Assembly: GCA_964573185.1 (NCBI GenBank)
Contig: CAZNIQ010000026.1
Coordinates: 1-8,522, forward strand
Source: Candidatus Woesearchaeota archaeon
Lineage (GTDB): Archaea > Nanobdellota > Nanobdellia > Nanobdellales > CAZNIQ01
Direction: 5' to 3'
Length of the DNA stretch: 8,522 nucleotides
The first letter of the stretch is position 1. Each line of letters begins with the position of its first letter. A program made the position numbers and the translations under genes. Positions 5,230 through 8,522 of the stretch are shown one piece after another. Below the pieces are notes generated by a model. That model saw only the letters and a program-made list of their open reading frames with translations. It was not told the origin of the DNA and ran no database searches.

Positions 5230-7875
5230 GTGAAGGATTTCATAAAAGAAATATTAGAGAAAGACAAGGAAATAATAGTTAAATATGTTGAGTTTCCAGA
5301 GGAGCCACCAGTTTATTCTGATTTTAAGTTTAAAAATCAAGAGGTAAATGAATTATTGGATAAATTGGGATTTAAATTATATTTACATCAAGTACAAGCT
5401 TTGGAAGCTTTATATAATGGTAAAAATGTTATTTTAACTACACCAACCGCTTCTGGAAAATCAGAAGTCTTTAGATTATATATTTTAGATCTTTATTTAT
5501 CCGACAAAAGAAACACTTTCTTACTAATTTACCCCACAAGAGCTCTTCTCTACGACCAATATGAAAAATTAAAAGAGAGATATTCTTTGGTTAGAGACTC
5601 CCCAAAAATAGGAATTCTTTTAGGAGATCTAACTTCCTGGGAGAAACAAGAAATAATAAAACAAAAACCAAACGTTATCTTAACTACACCTGATACTCTA
5701 CATTTATTTATTTTAAAGAATCATCAAGATTTTTCATGGTTCTTCAAAAACTTAAGGTTAATAGTTATAGACGAGTTACATACATATAAAGGAGTTTTTG
5801 GAACAAATGCTGCTTATCTCTTTAGAAGACTCTTTAGATTATTGGATTATTACTATAAAAATAGAAATTATCAAATAATTTGTCTTTCTGCAACTTTAAA
5901 GAATCCTATTGCCTTTGCTGAAAAGCTTTTAGGAAAAGATAATTTTGTTTTAATTGATAAGAGCTTTCATAAAAAGCCTAAAAGATATTTATTGATTTTA
6001 GATCCATCTGAAAAATATAGCAATCCGTTTATTTATTTAAAGAATCTCACATTAGATTTGATAAAACATAATATAAAGTCTTTAATTTTTGTTGAAACAA
6101 AAAGACAGACAGAGAAACTTAAATTAATGTTCTTTGACACAAATCTTCTGAATTTAATTGAAGTATATAAAGGATCGCTAACTAGGAAAACCCGCAAAGA
6201 AATAGAGAGAAAATTCAAGGATAATGAACTTCTAATTTTATTTACAACTTCTGCTTTAGAGTTAGGTATTGATATTGGCGATGTACAATGTGTTGTTAAC
6301 TTTGGTGTTCCTCCAGATGGTTTATTTTCTTTAATTCAAAGATTCGGTAGAACCGCAAGAATAAAAGAAGGCCTTAATATTTTAGTTTTAAGAGAAGATG
6401 CTTTAGACGCTTATTATAAAGAAAATGTAGACGAGTTAATCGAAAGAATAAGAAAGAATTTAATAGAAGAAATACCCGTAAACCTTGAAAACCCCTTTGT
6501 TGTAAAAAAGCACCTATTATATTTAATTAATGAATTTAGAGCTTTGCCTCTAAATATTTTAACAGATTATGAAAAGAAGATTTTGGAGGAACTAAAGAAA
6601 GAAGGTTACGTTGGGATTAGAAAAAATTGGTTTACTAATGAAGAATACGCCTATTTAAAAAGGAATATAAGCTATTCCGGAATAAGGAACATTGGGGAAG
6701 AAACTTATTATATAATAAAATACTCTGAAAAAATTAAGAGAAGAATTTTAGAGAAAAATGAAAAAGATCTTTATAGATACATTCAATTCTTGAAAATAAA
6801 GGGCATCATTTTGGAAGAAACTGATAAAAAAATATTCTATGAGCAACTTTTACCGGGCATGATTTATTTTTCTTTAGGAAGGCTTTATAGAGTTAAGGAG
6901 CATTTACTCTTAGGAAAAGTTAACTTTGTTTTTGTAGAGGAGTTAAGAACTAAAGAACCTTTAGAAACTAAACCTTTGTACAAAGAAGATGTACACATTT
7001 TGGAGATTTATGATGAGAAAAAGGTATTTGGGATACCTGTTTATCTTGCTAAATTAAGAATTAGAAGAATTTATGAGGGTTATATTTTGAAGAAAATAAC
7101 TTCTGAAAAAGATGAATATAATTATATAGGAGAATTTCATATATATGATAATCCATATATTTATGAATTTGAAACAAAGGGTATTTTCTTAGTTTTGGAT
7201 GAAAATTTGAAGGAAATCGAAGAAGAAGAATATAATATGTTTATGAAAAAGTTAGATAAATATTTGAAGAAACATAAGTTGGAAAAATTAAAAGATTTGA
7301 TTTTAATGTTTGTAAATTCAATAGACAAAGAAGAATTATATAATAAATACAGGGGTGGCACCACTAAAAGAATAATCAGAATGATTGAAAATTTCCTATC
7401 TAGATTTGGATTGGACGTTAATAAACATAAGAAACTGATATTTTACATTAAAAAGTTAATAGATTCATATTATGGATTCCAGAGTGGTTTGCACGCAATA
7501 GAACATAATATAATTAAAATATCACCTGTTGTTACAAATGTTGATTCTAGAGAGTTGGGAGGATATTCTTATGAAAGATATAAGACACTATCAGAATCTT
7601 CAGAAGTATCTAAACAATTTTTAGATAAACCCGTTATATTTATTTACGAAGGATATGAAGGTGGTGTAGGATTGGCTGAAATTCTTTTTGAAAACATTGA
7701 AAAACTTTTAATTAAGAGTAGGGAAAGTTTATTTAAGTGTAAATGTCTTGATGGTTGTCCTAGATGCATTTTATCACCAAAATGTGGAAATGCTAACGAA
7801 TTTTTAGATAAATATGCTGGAAGATTGATTTATAAAAGGTTGTTTGGAAATATTAAAAACGGGGCCGTAGGCTAG
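5230..7875 (+). CDS. SF2 DEAD/DEAH-box helicase with C-terminal DUF1998 / MrfA-type zinc-binding domain (YprA/MrfA/Hel112-like)
   Basis: 881 aa. Motif I TTPTASGKS, Ia YPTRAL.YDQ, II DELH, III SAT, V TTSALELGIDIG, VI QRFGRTAR. The C-terminal region reads GLHAIEHNI...ELGGYSY...CKCLDGCPRCILSPKCGNANEFLDK (four-Cys cluster plus N..LDK). The start is GTG at 5230: an in-frame stop lies at 5221..5223 and the first in-frame ATG is about 300 codons downstream. Confidence 0.85.
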   Translation: MKDFIKEILEKDKEIIVKYVEFPEEPPVYSDFKFKNQEVNELLDKLGFKLYLHQVQALEALYNGKNVILTTPTASGKSEVFRLYILDLYLSDKRNTFLLIYPTRALLYDQYEKLKERYSLVRDSPKIGILLGDLTSWEKQEIIKQKPNVILTTPDTLHLFILKNHQDFSWFFKNLRLIVIDELHTYKGVFGTNAAYLFRRLFRLLDYYYKNRNYQIICLSATLKNPIAFAEKLLGKDNFVLIDKSFHKKPKRYLLILDPSEKYSNPFIYLKNLTLDLIKHNIKSLIFVETKRQTEKLKLMFFDTNLLNLIEVYKGSLTRKTRKEIERKFKDNELLILFTTSALELGIDIGDVQCVVNFGVPPDGLFSLIQRFGRTARIKEGLNILVLREDALDAYYKENVDELIERIRKNLIEEIPVNLENPFVVKKHLLYLINEFRALPLNILTDYEKKILEELKKEGYVGIRKNWFTNEEYAYLKRNISYSGIRNIGEETYYIIKYSEKIKRRILEKNEKDLYRYIQFLKIKGIILEETDKKIFYEQLLPGMIYFSLGRLYRVKEHLLLGKVNFVFVEELRTKEPLETKPLYKEDVHILEIYDEKKVFGIPVYLAKLRIRRIYEGYILKKITSEKDEYNYIGEFHIYDNPYIYEFETKGIFLVLDENLKEIEEEEYNMFMKKLDKYLKKHKLEKLKDLILMFVNSIDKEELYNKYRGGTTKRIIRMIENFLSRFGLDVNKHKKLIFYIKKLIDSYYGFQSGLHAIEHNIIKISPVVTNVDSRELGGYSYERYKTLSESSEVSKQFLDKPVIFIYEGYEGGVGLAEILFENIEKLLIKSRESLFKCKCLDGCPRCILSPKCGNANEFLDKYAGRLIYKRLFGNIKNGAVG
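7829..7837 (+). promoter_or_regulatory. TATA-like box TTTATAAAA for tRNA-Pro, embedded in the helicase coding sequence (-32..-24)
   Basis: Consensus-like archaeal TATA sequence at the distance expected if transcription starts at tRNA-Pro nucleotide 1 (7861). There is no non-coding DNA upstream of this tRNA. Confidence 0.45.
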
Positions 7876-7931
7876 CGGCAGGCTGCCGGGCTTGGGACCC
7901 GGTGACCCGGGTTCGAATCCCGGCGGCCCCA
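7861..7931 (+). tRNA. tRNA-Pro (anticodon UGG), no intron, no encoded CCA
   Basis: GGGGCCG UA GGCU AGCGGCA GGCU G CCGGG CUUGGGA CCCGG UGAC CCGGG UUCGAAU CCCGG CGGCCCC A. It has a perfect 7-bp acceptor, a 5-bp anticodon stem, the loop CU-UGG-GA with G37, a 4-nt variable loop and a canonical T arm. Nucleotides 1..15 overlap the helicase 3' end, including its TAG stop (7873..7875). Confidence 0.9.
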
Positions 7932-7935
7932 TTTT

Positions 7936-7984
7936 ATGATGATTCAACCGAATACTGAATATGATGAAGGAGCGGCGTCTCTGA
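7936..7984 (+). ncRNA. C/D box sRNA (2'-O-methylation guide), directly downstream of tRNA-Pro
   Basis: C box AUGAUGA 7936..7942; 12-nt guide UUCAACCGAAUA; D' CUGA 7955..7958; spacer AUA; C' UGAUGA 7962..7967; 13-nt guide AGGAGCGGCGUCU; D CUGA 7981..7984. It is 49 nt long, the same layout as the sRNA at 2897..2945. Confidence 0.85.
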
Positions 7985-7988
7985 AAGA

Positions 7989-8000
7989 TTTTTAAATTAA
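7989..8000 (+). promoter_or_regulatory. TATA-like box TTTTTAAATTAA for the tRNA(CAU) 5' exon (-32..-21)
   Basis: AT-only element at the distance expected if transcription starts at 8021, the first nucleotide of the tRNA. Confidence 0.4.
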
Positions 8001-8052
8001 AATTAGATCTTATTTTAAAAGCCGCCGTAGCTCAGCCTGGTCAGAGCGCCCG

Positions 8053-8442
8053 TGGCCGCCCCCGCTCCTTTCCTAAAACTTAAGAAATTAGCGGAAGAAA
8101 CAGGAATACACATAAGTAACGGTAGTATGAATATTTATTAAGCTAAAAGAATAAAAGCATAGTATTGTTTAAATATAAAGTATTAGAATTACCTTTGGGT
8201 AAAAAATTAAATATACGTATTCCAGAGATTTTACACAAGATGAAAAGCTAATGAAAAGAGAGGAAGAGCTATCTTTATCCAAGGATAGAATTTACAAATA
8301 CGTCAATTATAGGGAAAGATATAAGCTTAAAATAAGTGGCATGAGCAAGTAAAAGACGTTCTTCAAGAAAATAGGGGAGTTCTAATCCGAAATATTTAAG
8401 AAAGTATAAGCGGTTGTTTTAGTAGCGGGGGCGGCCGGCGAA
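8053..8442 (+). other. 390-nt interruption at tRNA position 30/31 (very long non-canonical intron, or trailer + spacer + leader of two adjacent tRNA half genes)
   Basis: Canonical BHB motif. The outer helix is 8054..8066 (GGCCGCCCCCGCU) paired with 8424..8436 (AGCGGGGGCGGCC), 13 perfect bp. The 3-nt bulges are CG|U (8051..8053) and AA|G (8441..8443). The 4-bp central helix pairs CGCC (8047..8050) with GGCG (8437..8440). The exon-side helix pairs GAG (8044..8046) with CUC (8444..8446). Cleavage after the second bulge nucleotide joins G30 (8052) to G31 (8443). Confidence 0.75.
8390..8400 (+). promoter_or_regulatory. candidate internal TATA-like box AAATATTTAAG upstream of the 3' piece of tRNA(CAU)
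   Basis: It lies about -34..-21 from 8421..8424 (AGUAGCGGGGG..., purine start of the GC-rich leader). This is the same spacing as the TATA-like boxes of the three tRNA 5' ends in this window. Confidence 0.35.
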
Positions 8443-8449
8443 GCTCATA

Positions 8450-8479
8450 ACCGTAGGACTTTCCCTAGGTTCGTGGGAA
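8450..8479 (+). other. 30-nt canonical tRNA intron at position 37/38
   Basis: The central helix pairs C32-U33-C34-A35 (8444..8447) with UGGG (8474..8477), including one G-U pair. The bulges are UA|A (8448..8450) and AA|A (8478..8480), followed by the anticodon-stem strand CCGGG (8481..8485). The intron-internal outer helix is weak (UAGG 8454..8457 with CCUA 8464..8467), so this is a relaxed BHB. Confidence 0.7.
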
Positions 8480-8522
8480 ACCGGGAGGTCCCGGGTTCAA
8501 ATCCCGGCGGCGGCATTAAATT

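Larger units (their letters stand above)
8021..8515 (+). tRNA. tRNA-Met (CAU, elongator-type; tRNA-Ile2(CAU) not excluded) in three exons: 8021..8052, 8443..8449, 8480..8515
   Basis: The joined exons give a 75-nt cloverleaf: GCCGCCG UA GCUC AGCCUGGUCA GAGC G CCCG|G CUCAUA|A CCGGG AGGUC CCGGG UUCAAAU CCCGG CGGCGGC A. It has a perfect 7-bp acceptor, a 4-bp D stem, a 5-bp anticodon stem (CCCGG/CCGGG) and the loop CU-CAU-AA. G1-C72 and the lack of a G29-G31 run argue against an initiator. Both interruptions are bounded by bulge-helix-bulge motifs (see intron features). Confidence 0.8.

Noticed and set aside
6033-6218. 61-aa minus-strand ORF from the supplied track
   Set aside because: It is entirely inside and antisense to the helicase gene, in the region between motifs III and V. 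No motif supports it, so it is a shadow ORF.
7161-7364. 67-aa minus-strand ORF from the supplied track
   Set aside because: It is antisense to the helicase gene and its product is a low-complexity S/F/N-rich peptide, so it is a shadow ORF.
7968-8069. The D guide of the sRNA at 7936..7984 (AGGAGCGGCGUCU) is partly complementary to the tRNA(CAU) 5' trailer (CCGCUCCU, 8062..8069), hinting at a cis-acting role in half-tRNA processing
   Set aside because: Only 8 contiguous bp pair, and the pairing lies at the C'-proximal end of the guide. The nucleotides around the N+5 methylation position are mismatched. This falls below the ~10-12 bp normally needed and is likely coincidence between GC-rich strings.
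8251-8352. 33-codon ORF (MKREEELSLSKDRIYKYVNYRERYKLKISGMSK) inside the 390-nt tRNA interruption
   Set aside because: It is too short and its composition cannot be distinguished from random AT-rich sequence. It has no recognisable motif and is far too small for a homing endonuclease. It is noted only as something to include in a BLAST of the insert.
1-8522. Search for CRISPR arrays, transposase or IS termini, and long direct or tandem repeats
   Set aside because: No regularly spaced repeats and no terminal inverted repeats flanking an ORF were seen. The only repeated modules are the 18-nt gene-end overlap and the paralogous C/D sRNAs, both reported separately.

Overview
AT-rich, very compact archaeal-type locus in which the only GC-rich islands are structural RNAs. 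The style resembles Nanoarchaeota or N. equitans-like hyperthermophiles; that placement is inference, as no database search was possible. Left to right: (1) the 5' part of aIF2-gamma on the minus strand. It is missing from the supplied ORF track because it runs off the left edge. Hand translation shows its P-loop (GHVDHGK|T) is interrupted by an intact-looking 524-aa intein with a LAGLIDADG homing-endonuclease domain. (2) RNA 3'-phosphate cyclase RtcA. (3) A textbook C/D box sRNA convergent with tRNA-Leu(GAG). (4) FEN-1 flanked by three small hypothetical ORFs, one ending in a near copy of the FEN-1 PIP box. (5) A candidate C/D sRNA. (6) An SF2 helicase with a C-terminal DUF1998 four-Cys domain (MrfA/YprA/Hel112-like), whose last 15 nt overlap tRNA-Pro(UGG). 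(7) A second textbook C/D sRNA 4 nt after tRNA-Pro. (8) The most interesting object: a tRNA(CAU) gene in three exons (32 + 7 + 36 nt). A 390-nt interruption sits at non-canonical position 30/31 and is closed by a perfect 13-bp GC helix and a perfect bulge-helix-bulge motif, the architecture known from trans-spliced split tRNA halves. A 30-nt canonical 37/38 intron follows. A TATA-like box lies before the 3' piece at the same distance seen for the three other tRNA 5' ends here. The gene may therefore be two adjacent, separately transcribed halves, a possible intermediate between intron-containing and split tRNA genes. All tRNA 5' ends have a TATA-like box at about -32 to -22, which suggests leaderless tRNA transcription.
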